In this document: one piece after another, positions 1-13,600 of the stretch | Layout: every line of letters begins with the position of its first letter | Position numbering within the stretch: the stretch's first letter is position 1 | Assembly (NCBI RefSeq): GCF_000150275.1 | Contig: NW_002060975.1 | Location: forward strand, 204,993-268,992 | Source of the DNA: Trichoplax adhaerens | Taxonomy: Eukaryota; Animalia; Placozoa | DNA length: 64,000 bases | Direction of reading: 5' to 3' | Notes under the pieces: model-generated | Database searches by the model: none | What the model saw: the letters and a program-made list of their open reading frames with translations, nothing else | What the model was told of the DNA's origin: nothing | Position numbers and translations under genes: made by a program

Positions 1-3000
1 TGTAGCTGATACGCAAGTTTTTGTAGTAAACGGAGATTTATAGGTTAAAATGTCTTAATAAGTTACGTAGACAAGGTGTGAAAAGAAATAGGTGCACTTA
101 CGCTTTATAGTTGACTCATTTCTATCATTACGAGAACTGAAAAGATAAAGAAAAGAAAAGGAGTAATTTAAATTATTATATTTGCTTTCTAGCTATATTT
201 CGGATACTTTATTATAGAAAATAAAGGAAAATACGAGATGTTACTCAAATTTATTCTTAATGCTTTCATTTTAATATAAGCTATGGCTAATAAAAGTGTC
301 AAATTAGCTTCGGATTAAAAACTTGTGTATCTTATATGATAATATCTGAGAAGAAAATGAAATTGAATCTATCTTTGGATCTAATTACTATCTATAAATT
401 AAGTTGAAAATAATGTGGGAATAGTCCTAATAGGCAGCAAACTATATTTTTCTTCTTATGTCCTACTTCAAACAAGCTTAAATTATTCAAATGTTGATAT
501 TTAATTTCTTTTTACTCAATCGTCTTTATGTTAATATGCATACTTGACGGGCAACAGCTGTATACTTGCATAGCTGGATTGTTGATAAAAACTCCCTGAT
601 GAATAAATATTCATTAAATTAAACTATCCATTTATTTTACAATTACCGCCTAGCGATGGAGTAAGTTGTCAACACTGATTAAAGTCATAAAAGATCCTTT
701 GCTTGATAAATTTCAATTAATAACAAGTTTAAGTATTTGATACTTCACATTATAGATGCGTGAAAGTATTCAAATGTAGTCAAGCACTAAAAAACTATCG
801 CTTAATCAGGCTTTTATTAAGTACGTTAATTGAAGTATGAATTAATCAGATCCTGCTACCGAGAAATGGATCGATTAAGAGCAGATGATCTATTACAGGT
901 TTTTCTGCCTATTTTTGTGTATGATTTATAAATACATAGCCAGAATTAAACGGAATCACGATCAACAATACCTACCAATTAATAGCAATAGGCTATTAAA
1001 TAAAGGATTTGATCAAGAATTTTTATTGGCATTAATCCTACTGTTATTTATTGGAGTTGTGAAAAGAAATGGTTGAGCTACTGTTTTACTTTACTTATTA
1101 AAATTTAGAATAGGTACTAAAAACAATGCAAAAAATATGCCTGTCTACTAGGCAGATGCAACATCCTTTCATTACGAATAGAAACCTATGTTTATGTTAA
1201 ACATACAGGATTGCACTACGAGATAATAAATTGATGGGTGGCATTACTTTTATTAAAAATTGACTCAGATAGCCAATAAAATCATAATTTACCCTCGATT
1301 TAAAGCTAAAGATAGCTTCAAGATTATAAGAAATTCAATTTTGATCATTTCAAAAGTCTCTTACGCATTTCAAATCGAAATAAAATTTCTGGCCAGCAAG
1401 TAATTGGTATGCTAAGGCTTCATTTATAGCGAAATCTAAACTCTAATAACGGCAACAATTTTTTCGAAGTATATTAGATTTAAATGAAATACGGTTTGTT
1501 TTATTTTCAAAATACTGATTTGCAGTAACAAAAAATTTTTAATGAGCTTTTTTCGATAATATGTGTAGACTGATTGATAGCAAGGGATATAATTTGGCGA
1601 TTTGGCTACCCAAGTGCCTGACTACCAGAGCTCTAGACATTTATATATTTTTATATTTTGCCTTAAATTTTGACAAAGTTAATCGTTTAATGAAACATTT
1701 ATGTATTTGTATCAGAATATTCCAAAATTCTTGCTACTCAATATTTGACTTTGCAGTACAATAAATTAGTATAAATAGAAGCCTATTTTTAGCTTTACTG
1801 GGCGAAAGATCAAGCTATTTTCAATTTCTTATCCTCCTTATGACAGATGACGAGAAAGTAATACACAAACTGTGAAGAAATATTAATTTCAAAAATCTAC
1901 TAAAAAAGTCATTTTAGTATTAATTGTATTATCGGGTATGAGAGCAATTTATATCTTACATGTATTTCTTAGAGGAGCCGGTGGAGGAATAAACTATTTT
2001 ACTCTATTTATCTTATCAGTTGCTGAAGAACCAATAGTAAAAGGCATAAAATATCCCAAAATTCAAGCTAAAACGTCTGTTTTGAAATTTTATTTAGTAA
2101 CTACCAGATAGGAACTTGAATTATCGTTCGTATTCTGAAGTGATTAGTTGGAGATTAAATCTACTAGGGAAGTCTTTTACGTTTTTGACTTACTAGTCGT
2201 AAATAGGGTAATAACATAGCATAAAATACCGTAAGATTCAGTTTCAATTTGCGTAAAACTCGATAAAATTGCCACGTGATTCGACATTAAATCTGAAATA
2301 AGCTAATTTGCTATTTCAATTTTATTCATTAAGGAGACTTAATAATCTTAAACTAGAATCTATATGGTCCGGTAGTAAATAATTAATAAGTTTGATTCGG
2401 TACTAACAGGTAGACATTTCAGATAATTATACTAACTAGGCTGTAATGTAAGCGAAAACTGAAAGAACTAAGTAAAAAATAAAAAATCCACTTAAATATC
2501 GTAAAGAAAGAGAAATTGCATATACGATTATCATTTACATTCATTTTTTAAATGATGATAATCAATATGCGTACATAAAGAATAAAATGAGTCTAATTAC
2601 CGCTGTTTCTGTCCGGCTAGTTTATTCTCTCGTATTAATTAATACTGTATGTGTTTGCCGTATTGCTAGTTAATACAGTTGCCTTAAATGAGACCTTTTT
2701 CTAAAGTCGTCTTAATTAACTTATACAATCTACTGCTAATCATATTACAATACGGTCTTTCGTTTAAATTAGTCTAACTTTAGTCTAATACTTATATAAA
2801 AATATAATGCATTAAAATAGCCAATCATCATGTAGAATTCATTACCGTAATATATTATACGTATATTTCACATATTTGTATGTGGGCTAATAATAAAATC
2901 GCTTTTTAAGCCGATGCTAGGATAGTAAAATCTTGATTGCGCTCTCAGTAAACAGTAATACCATATTTAATTTGACTATAATATAGAATCAATAAATAAC

Positions 3001-3134
3001 GAGTGCGAATTTCGTCTTACTTATTCTTTTATATGTACACCGATTTTAAAACTACTTTAGGCAATCTTTTAACTCAAGTAGTTATCATTAAATCAATTCA
3101 TTGGAATAACTGGAATCGCAACAACGTTAGGAAA

Positions 3135-4622
3135 ATGGTAGCCATTGTGTGGCCAATTAGATCTGCTGTCAGCTTCCATCATCACACCTGCTTAATTTTA
3201 TGGGTGAGAAATATTAAGATGCCTTCGTTGCTACTAATAATCTACAGTGTTGTTGATTAACTTACAAAAATTAGTTATAGTAATTTCTTTTGATCAAGTT
3301 ATCAGTCAAAACTTTAGCGTTATTTTTATATTGTATATAAAAGATGTGAATACGAACATTAATTTTACGTATATCATCCACTAAACTAATTTTATGATAG
3401 TTATGAGATTATAGTAGAATTTAATAGGTTTCTTCACTATAAATACTCATGTTAACTTTTCCAACATCGTTATGATAGCTATGAGCCTAAAATCAGCTTT
3501 AAAGACTCGATGATAATATTAGAAAAATCTACGAATACTAGTATCTGAACTAGAAAATATGTGAATTGTCTCACAAAAGTACAAATATATCGTATAAAAT
3601 TTGACGCAAAATAGGTTAAATATACATCAGTATGTTGGAAACTATATTTCTGATATAAGTAAAATTATCTCTTATTTCTTAATATCCTCAATTAGACCTA
3701 ATTTAAAAACGCACTTAATTCTGTGCTTCTATGGTTTAACAATCCAACACCTGGTTGTTTTAAAAAATTTCTACTATGGTCTTGTGATAGGATTCTTAAA
3801 ACGGTTTTTCATTCTTTACACAAGAATCTTGACATAAATGCAAATTACTTAATACGCCCTACTATAGTAATAGTTTGAATCTAAATACAGGACTTAGTAG
3901 GCATGTTAATAATAGTCTAGACATTAAAGTAGAATTTCATAGATACGACATGACAATACTTCAATGTCTTGAGTAATTTAAAACGACTCTCTGGGTAAAA
4001 GCATTTTACCAAGTGTTAACAGATTCTTTAGTAGGCCAAAACAATAGATTTTCAATAGATATCCAATAACATTTATTTCTAGTTTTCCGTTATCCCCTTG
4101 AATTTAATCTAATTTAAGCCCAAATTATTGCCTTATTTCAATCGTTTGAAAGCAAATTACAATAATTAACGATTTATACTACTACAATATCGTGAAAGGG
4201 TAGCATATTCTGTAATGATTCATATTCCAGCTTCTGAAAGAAAATGAAACATTTCGTAATTTACTCGTCATCAATCATCGGCCATTATCGAATTAAGATA
4301 TCCATAACTTGAAGTAAAATACTTAAGGATGCGTTATAGGAAATGACTTAGTCTTGATTATGCTTCATAATATAAAAATACTCATTCATTAATTTGTACG
4401 CATCTGAATAATAAACATGTAGTATGTTAGGACTAGGCGCATACGGCATTTCACTATATTTTTAATTATCCACTATCAAACTATGATTTTTTATTAGTCA
4501 ATTTAGGCTTTTTTTCTGTCGAATACTTTAATTTCATGCTAAACTCATTTAGAAGGATTTTACTGATTTTTTTATATCTTTTCTTTCATTTATTTTGTAG
4601 GCTTTGGCAATTTTTCGCCTGG
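3135..4622 (+). CDS. Putative signal-peptide exons 1 (3135-3203) and 2 (22-nt microexon 4601-4622) of the adhesion GPCR
   Basis: ATG 3135 reads MVAIVWPIRSAVSFHHHTCLILW then gtgaga. A long pyrimidine tract plus tag precedes 4601, ALAIFRLG ends at gtaagt in phase 1, and this joins in frame to QNFVHG-ENTSC at 8315, giving a plausible hydrophobic core and cleavage site. Confidence 0.62.
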
Positions 4623-7600
4623 GTAAGTTCAAGATCTTTATAATGCAATTATTTGCCTGAATGCTATTTTAAATTATTGGAGTAATTGCAGCAAGTTATG
4701 CTACACAGAAGGAAATTTTATACTATTCCTATTATTTAACCATGGGTATAGTTATCATTGTTGCACACTAAACTAAGAGATGATCAATTAGTAACGGATC
4801 AGTAAAAGCCTGATTTGAATTTCATTTAAATTGTCTACCCTCCAAGAATAATGAAATTTCGTGTAACATTTATTTTTATTACGTTGCTAAGATAATTCCT
4901 GACCTTAAAATGATTTATTTATCTTTAGTATAGTATTTATTTCATCTATTAAGCTGATGCAAGGTGTAAAGAACGATATTGATAATAGGCTTACCCGAAA
5001 ACATGGTAATTAGATTTGAAATAAGAGTAATAACTTTACTAAGTTCATTTAAGGCTGAGAATAACAATCTATTTTAACCCCAGGCATTCAAATAGTCTAT
5101 GTGTATTACTTCCTTGCTTATAAAATATTTTAAGTAAGTAGATATTTCCCGTCGGGAGCGGACCATTATAAGACAGTTTATAGTCTTAAATGCCACTAAG
5201 AATATTATGATGTCTCCTACGTCCAACTTACTAGGAATAAACTTTGCAGTTCGCTCGAATTTCGTTAGACAATAATGGATTGATTGCACACTGTACGCCT
5301 ATTATACACTGCGATCCAAATCGTCTATTTTGGATCGTAGTGAACTATGTACACCTCATTTGCTAATTAACGTAAAGTTCTATTGTGACTTTATTTTACA
5401 TAGATTCACCTTAGGATGGAATTTAAAGCACATTTAGCTTAATGAAATTGCAATTAGCTAAATATCGAAAAATTTGATTTGAGTCGCTAAAGCTGCTCAG
5501 AGACGCTAGAGTACCTATTCTGTTAGCATACCACAGCATAACTTTACAATCCATTTGGGATTCAGTAAATTAATAATGAATTCAGTCTGCACTCTAATTT
5601 CGTCTAGATAATGTAGTAACCTCATTCTGGACCACACATACCGTCAAGGATACCTATGGACTTCTGTTTCATCATAGCATTCAATAGATAAAAGTTTGCA
5701 ACCAAAATAGGATCATAAAGTTGAGAGATTATATTTGTCATGATAGTCAGGGTAAGGAGAATATAATCGGTGACTTTTAAATATAATTAACATCTTACCT
5801 ACTTTCAATACTGTAAATTTCTCTTTATAATTGTTAAATTCCTGAATAGTTTTAAATATCGTACCGGTTTGAAATAGCTGCACGGAGAGAATTTATGTCT
5901 TTTACAATAATATCTATATGCCCCTAAAGTTGTTGACATTTATTAGTCACAATTCTTACTGCATCATATATATTACATTAGATTCCACATCAATACATTT
6001 CATTAGAGATAGAAGAACATCCAAGACTGTAAGGATTAACTCAGAAATTATTGATATCAACTTCAGCATCACACTGTCACTTGTCTAATACCATCGAATA
6101 AATATATTTTGAATTAATTCTCACAGAAGTAATGCAACTACTTTTGTATCTGTATTTCACGGTATACTATAATTGAAGCTGATACTCCTATTTTGTATCA
6201 ATGCGATACCAGCTGTGTCAAGATTATTATCTTGTAGTATTATTGGAAGTAAAATACTGTAATATTGCACCAAGAAACTCAAGTATAAGTGGAGAATATC
6301 TTACTATCTTCTACTTGCTCGTACTTTTATGGAAACTAGTAGGCCTATCAATATCCAATTTTGTACTATTGGGGTGGACATCACTTCTATCGATTAATTG
6401 TAGTATCAAGGACAATCCTTACGAAAACGAATGCTAGTATTAGCTGGCATTACGCTATTCTCTTACTTAATTTCCAAACAACAATACGCAATTGTTTATT
6501 AAAAATACAATTTATTCAAGCCTTAAGTTTAATACTAGCATTGGAGTTAAATATGGTTTAATGCCAACATAGTTTATGTGCTCAAACTTTCGCAATTTAG
6601 AGGTAGCCGATATCAGGCAAAACGATTCATAACATACAGGAATTTATTTCAAAATAACAACAAAATTTATTTATGTAAGAGATTATGTCTCTTTAATGAA
6701 TAATGATGTGCATTATAATATTAAGAAGACATAAATAATTCTCTTGCTTATCATATTCAATACATAAATGAGAGAAATTTTTGACGTGGTATTTTGATGC
6801 TGTCAAGTCATTTATTGGACAAAAATTTTATTATAACCTTGCTGAAATTTCTTCGGGTCATCACATAGAGAAATTTTGTTGTCATTATTACAGCTCAATA
6901 GATTAAAAACAAGTTACAATTACGCATCCTCTTGACAATATTTGATGTTAATTAAATTCAGAAGATGGGTTCGATTTATTGAAAAACTTCTATTGATCTC
7001 TTAATAAATAACTAATCAATATGTTTACATATTAAATTAATTTCAATGGAAGTAAAAAAAATAAACACCTAGATAGAATAGAATTATAGAAATTTTATTT
7101 TTAATCCCTCAAGTCAGGAATTTAGATCTTCCATATTCATTCTTCTTACGAATAATCAAGTCATTTATTGACGCTATAAGATATAAATCGAGATCTTTTA
7201 TAAAATAGAATATCTGTGGTTATCATGATTAATAAGAAAGAAGTTAAGCACCGGTATTATTATACTATGTCATTGTTCGTTGATCAATAGATCAAGGGTA
7301 ACATATAATACCTAAACTATTTCATCCATTTAATATTACTGCGGACTTTACCATATTTTACATTACAAGGGTATAGACAATAATGATTACTGCTACACCT
7401 AAATGCCCTGATGCTATAGCCGCACCTGTTTAGTATATTTTAGCTACCAGATGATCCAATGAAATAAATCTCATATCGATATACGCATAGATAAAGAAAA
7501 CTCGGCGAATAACATAATATCCTCTTAACCAAAATGAATTGAGAATTACAATAAACAGAAAAATAACTATTTTGCTTAACTATAGTCTACTACTTGACCT

Positions 7601-10600
7601 CACCAATGTATTAATTACAGAGACTATCTGTCAGTCTAGGAAGATTTTCATACGTTCTTGAAACTTAATCATCCACTTTAAAGAACGTTACCCACTACCC
7701 TGAAATTTTATATGAAAATCATATGAGAAAGGTATATATATTTAGCATATTACTATAGAAGATATTACAGAGTTCTCTAAATCTATCGAGAACAGACTAG
7801 AAAATCTTGCTATGCGTCTCTTACTGTATATGATAAACATGAAATTGGTATCGTTGATCTAAATCACATAATACCATTATAGCATGCACTTTAGTGAACT
7901 ATCATTGAGATAGACATTAAATTTCAATCTTAATAGTAATCACTGTCTGTATATAATCGTGAATGGTTTGTTAAGTGAGGTCCACAACATGACTTGATCG
8001 TATTGGCGCTGGAAAAATATAGCTAGATTGAGCTTGTCTAAGGACAAATGCCGATCCTGTACTTTTCTTGCATTTCGATGGATATATTTCATCAAATTTA
8101 AGACTGAAAATTTTTCTTCCAAAATCTATAAAATGCAAAGGTTTTCATCTATTTAACCGAGGAAATGTATCCATATCATTATTTATAGAATTTTTCTATC
8201 TGTATTATGATCGCCTACCAAATAAACTCACTTCAAGTGAGATTAAAATCTTTCCAAAGTCGACGATAAGAATTCAATTTTTTACTTGATTTAATAAATG
8301 GTTTATATATGCAGGCCAAAATTTCGTTCATGGTGAAAATACAAGCTGTGATGCTGGTTGGAGCCAATTTGGTTACAGTTGCATGCAATTGCAAACCACT
8401 CTGGTCACTTTTGATGATGCTGTTGCTTCCTGTCAAGCCATGGGCGGTCGATTAGTGGAAATTGATAGTGGCAGCAAGGAATCCTTTATCCAAAGTTCTG
8501 TTCTAATATCGAGTCACCAGAGTTACTGGATTGGATTGAGAGATTTGAATAGTGATAATAAACTCAGCAGTTACAAGTGGATAACCACAAATCGTAGTCC
8601 CCAAGTTCTTGGATACTCTAATTGGGATACAGGACTATCATCTGGTACAGATGATAACTGTACCGCTCTTGTTTATCAACATTCTATTTGGGGATGGTTT
8701 GAAAAGAAATGTCAAGAACAATATTACTTTATATGTCAATCAGGTAAGCTTAAGCTGATTGATAGCCGCTTCGATAAATTTTTATTAATTAGCATCGTAT
8801 AGTAACATACCTGCATTAAAGAACGTGAACTGATAGCTTAAGCCTGTTTGAAGTAGAAATTAATGCAAACTTAGTCATTCTTGCCATTTTTGCTATTGCT
8901 ATCCACTACGACCTCTATATTACCTAGCGTAAGATTTCAAAGAGCTTGATTTCTATAAAACACTGTAGTCTATTCCCGAAATTCTATGCTACTGTAGTTG
9001 AACGGCAATAAATAGATAACGAGTTCTAGTGAATATCAGAGGTCGTCCATTGGAGTAAAATACGAAATTGTATTCCTGTTTGAGTTATAAAATCAAGATG
9101 GGATAGAGAGCTCAGTAAGTACTTTATTTGATTAGTATCTGATAAAAGTTCACTGTACAAAATATCATTGATGTAAGATGATTAATTATCAATCAATGTA
9201 ACACAAAAAGGAATAAAACAAGCGTTTGTAGCTAGCATGGGTTTTCACAAGATTGCAATGCAACAAGACTGTTTTGCGATAAATGCGAGAGCAAGTAAAG
9301 TTGAAATTATTTCGCCAATATTTCATTTAGGACTTGAACAAAATGGTTCATGCTTGCCTGGATGGGCAAAATATCAAAATAGTACTTGTTTAAAACAATT
9401 TACACATACTGCATCATTTGAAGATGCTCTGGCCGTCTGCCATCACTATAATGCTTCCCTGGCTGAAATTGATAATGAAGAAAAGGAAAATTTTATCGAA
9501 GCAAATGTAACTAGTACAAGCTATACCAATAATTGGATCGGGTTAGTGGATACTCCAACTCTATCACATCCCACAGATCATTCATGGTTAATTAGTGGAT
9601 TATCACTCCGATCAACGGGCTACTCAAAATGGTATTTACGTCAGCCAAATGCTGCTAATCAAGCTTGCGTAGTAATACAATGGTTTGATGAACGTTGGCA
9701 ATGGTGGGATTTACCATGCTCTCTTGGAAGAGTTTATATCTGCGAAAAGAGTAAGTTAATTCAATTTTATTGGGCTATCAATAGCAGTCACTAAATTCAT
9801 AGCTATTCTTTCTGCTTAACTGAGGATAATGAACAATATCGCTTTATCGAATAGATGATAGCTGGAGTCTTTGCAAAGATTGATAGCGCGATTCGAAACC
9901 CTATAACATTGATAAAATTGCATCTTTTATTCTAGTTTTACCTATGCCAACTACAGAACCAACAACAATTCTACCAACGACAGAGAAATCAACAATTGAC
10001 GCAATAATGACTCAAGAGCCGACAACAAACTCACCAACCACAGATTTATCCACTACCAATGAACCGACAACAGATTTGTCCGCTACCAATGAACCGACAA
10101 CAGATTTAGCCACTACAAGTGGGCCTGAAACTAATCCACCAACTGCCAATCAAGCTTCGACCGATCCAAGTGCTGCAGTTGATACTACTAATCCATTAAT
10201 AGAGACAACCGAAAATTCAGCAACAAATCTATCCACTAATGATCATTTTATGATGGCTACTAATGGAGCAGCTAGTGCTGCTTCACCAAATCAGCTTGCT
10301 ACAACCAAAGAAACAACTAACCAGCCAACAATCAATCAATCTTTCCACACCATAAATACCTTGAGTACTACCAGTAATTCATATAGTACTCCGCAGATCT
10401 CCTATTTTTTGCAACAGGTAAAGAGAATAAATAACTTTACAAGTAGTTGTTTACTACTGTGATAGAGAGTTCTATGATTTAGTGAAAGTCGATTTAGTAC
10501 TATTGCTACTTAGAAATTGACGTAAATGAGTTGATTGAAAAAAAAGATTCTTATAGACTTCAAGTGTGAGGTAGTTACCATAGGGTAGAGTATTAGCTGG

Positions 10601-13600
10601 CGTAAAGTAACGTAAGAATAGTCAACACTCTGACTATTGCAACAATTTAATAAATCTGAGGCAGAGACTATATGTACTGTATTGAAAATGTTAGAGATAG
10701 AACACATATAGAGGACATAATTGTACAATTAGATACAACATCTACCATTACATGCGTAGTCTATATAATAGCAAATGATTGTAGGAGATTATGAAGAATG
10801 CAAGTGCTATAAATTAACTAAACATGATAAGATACAGTATATTTATCTATAGTACGGTAAGACTGTCAAGGTATCCCTGTTTAAGAACAAGTTAGGATAT
10901 CAATATTAAGTAAATACTACAAGCACAGCATAATCTGAATGTAATACAATTACCTTTTGATGTCATTCTGTAACAATTTATCCAGTAAGAGCTATTGGAC
11001 GATAAATTAGCTTCGATCGAAGTTGGACACCTGTTCGTTGCTAACTATATCTTATCTTTCCATCAGATTAATAATACAGAGAATTTCACTATCCAAAAAT
11101 CTATTGAAATTATCCGTGAATTAAGAGTCGAGCTTCAGTTAAAATTAAATGCACAATCAGACGAATTAAAAGCATATAGTCAAGGTTTAGCAACAGTTGT
11201 TAATCGTACCGACGTTACTAAAGCAAGCTTAAGCGACAAGAAAGAAGTAGCCGAGGTAAGCATGATTTCGTTTTATGCAATGGCTTGCCGCAACCTTAGG
11301 TATAACTAAGTTACTCTACTGCTCCTTTACTTTTCAGCTTGTCTTCAACAGTGTTGAAAAAATGACATCGGTTACCGAAATACAAAATGATAGCCAGGTT
11401 GTCAATTCTTTCATAAGTGCTGATATTGTAGTTAATAACATAGCTGAAAGACAGATATAATGTTGACATATTGCTTAAATATCTTCTCATTAGGCGAGTA
11501 CTCTTGTAACTGAATACATCCAAATCATGGACCAAATTGGATCTCGAATTGCTTCTAGTATGAAAATTGGAGAATCTATTGAAATTGTTAGCAATGAAAC
11601 TGGTAAGCTTTTAATGTATTTTCTATCTAAATTTCGTACTACGAGATTTTTCATTGACATATTCCTTAAATTGCAATAAACATCTCAGATATCTCAAGCT
11701 ATCATTCATTCTAGCCAGAAAGTAAAGCTTAATTAGCTTAAATTTGAATCTTCATATTCTTCTATGTAGCGTCAAAATTTAACATCGAAGTAAAAAGTTC
11801 ACAAGAAGTACAGCAATATGGATATAATCATACATTAATAGCTGGAAATAATGATCGCTACCATTTCGGAGTTTCAAAATCTATCTTTGGATCAGGAGGT
11901 GATTGATAAATCTAGAAATGAATTTTAATACCATAAATTTCTACTGCGTATATCACAAAAATATTTACGACACTTTTGTATTCTTATTCTCACATATACC
12001 AATGATAGATCCCAAGGTTGAAATTATTACCGGAGTTTATCAATTCTTAGGAGGAATATTAAATCAAACCACCGCTTCAACGTAAGTCTAATAGAGTTTA
12101 TCAAAAACCCAGGAAATAAGTTTCGTTCGTATAAAATTGATAAAAACTTATGATCTCAATATTTTGATGACAGGCAGAAGAAGTTGTATTCACAAATTTT
12201 ATCTTGTTCGGTTAATCCAAAACTACCATCTTACCAAGAATATTTCTTTACCTATCAAATTCCATATACTATCAGTACTAATGGAAATTCGGTAAAGCAA
12301 GAATAAATATAATTAAAATATGATTATGAATTCGTTAGTAATAGGAATGTGCTTCACACAACTTAGTTGTTACATATGAGTGAATAGTCTTTCGTTACAT
12401 CTTGCGATTAAGGCATCAATTCTAATTAAAATTCGGTAACGTAAGAATAGACATCATTAGAATATGTTTATGAATCTAACAATAGTAGAACAGTTTTTAT
12501 CCAACTTAATACTTAGCTATTAAATGTAAATGGATCACATTTCGTATATTACAACTTACGGAATACTCGTATTCTAATCGTAAGTAGTTTTTCAGCATGA
12601 TCAGCAATATTGATTTGTAAAGTTTAGATTTACACTCCTTTTGCGGTAACTGTACATATCATATAGATTCAAAGTTGAAACTAATAATATAATTTATGCT
12701 TGTAATAAATTATACTGTAAAATTTATATAGTATTACCTGGTACAGCTAAAGCCTGCCGACCGGAATAACTAGCAATCTATAATATTACTTAACTCATCT
12801 ATGTTCCTATGCTATAAGCTATTACAGCTCATGAGAGGATTACGTGAATGTCTTCAAATAAATAGGATGCGAAACTATAGCTTAATTCACTTCTACGGCA
12901 AATTATATAATTCTCATATCTACAATCTACTCATTTATCAACAGAGTAACCTTCCGATGGTAACATCATCATCGGCCAACAATACAACGATGGAATGTGT
13001 ATACTGGAATTTAACGACCAAGTAAGTTAAAGTAGCAGCTTTAGTAATATATTACATAACATCACCTATCAAGTATAAGTGTTATTGAACTAAGTTTATA
13101 ATAAAATTATAAGTACAGTATATGATGAACCAAGCCAATCAGAATTAAACGGACAATAATATGCTTATGAAAATATACCTTTGAACAATTTACAATCCTT
13201 CCTTTATCTGTCCATTGGAATATTATGTTTACTTCTAATTGCTAATGCTATAAAATAATAGCACTTAATTATTACAATTGATATCTGCCATCAATAAACT
13301 GGAATAGCATTATCTGTCTCGCTTTATTTTGAATAGCAAATGGTCCGACGATGGCTGTAAATTATTGTCCAGCAATCAATCGCAGTATGCAACTTGTGCC
13401 TGTAATCACTTAACCCATTTCGCACTATTATTGCAAGTTTCAGATGTAAGCTATAAATCAGCCCAAATTGTGTAATAAAATATGAATCTGAGCAATGAGA
13501 TATTGACAGGAAATTAGTTTACTATTGATTGATATCTGTAAATATTCACTACATAAGAATAAGTAATAAGACCTAGGATCTTCTTACGAGTGTATTTATT

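Noticed and set aside
6201-6561. Hydrophobic ORFs in intron 2 as an alternative signal-peptide exon
   Set aside because: No good phase-1 donor found; the 3135/4601 exons fit better
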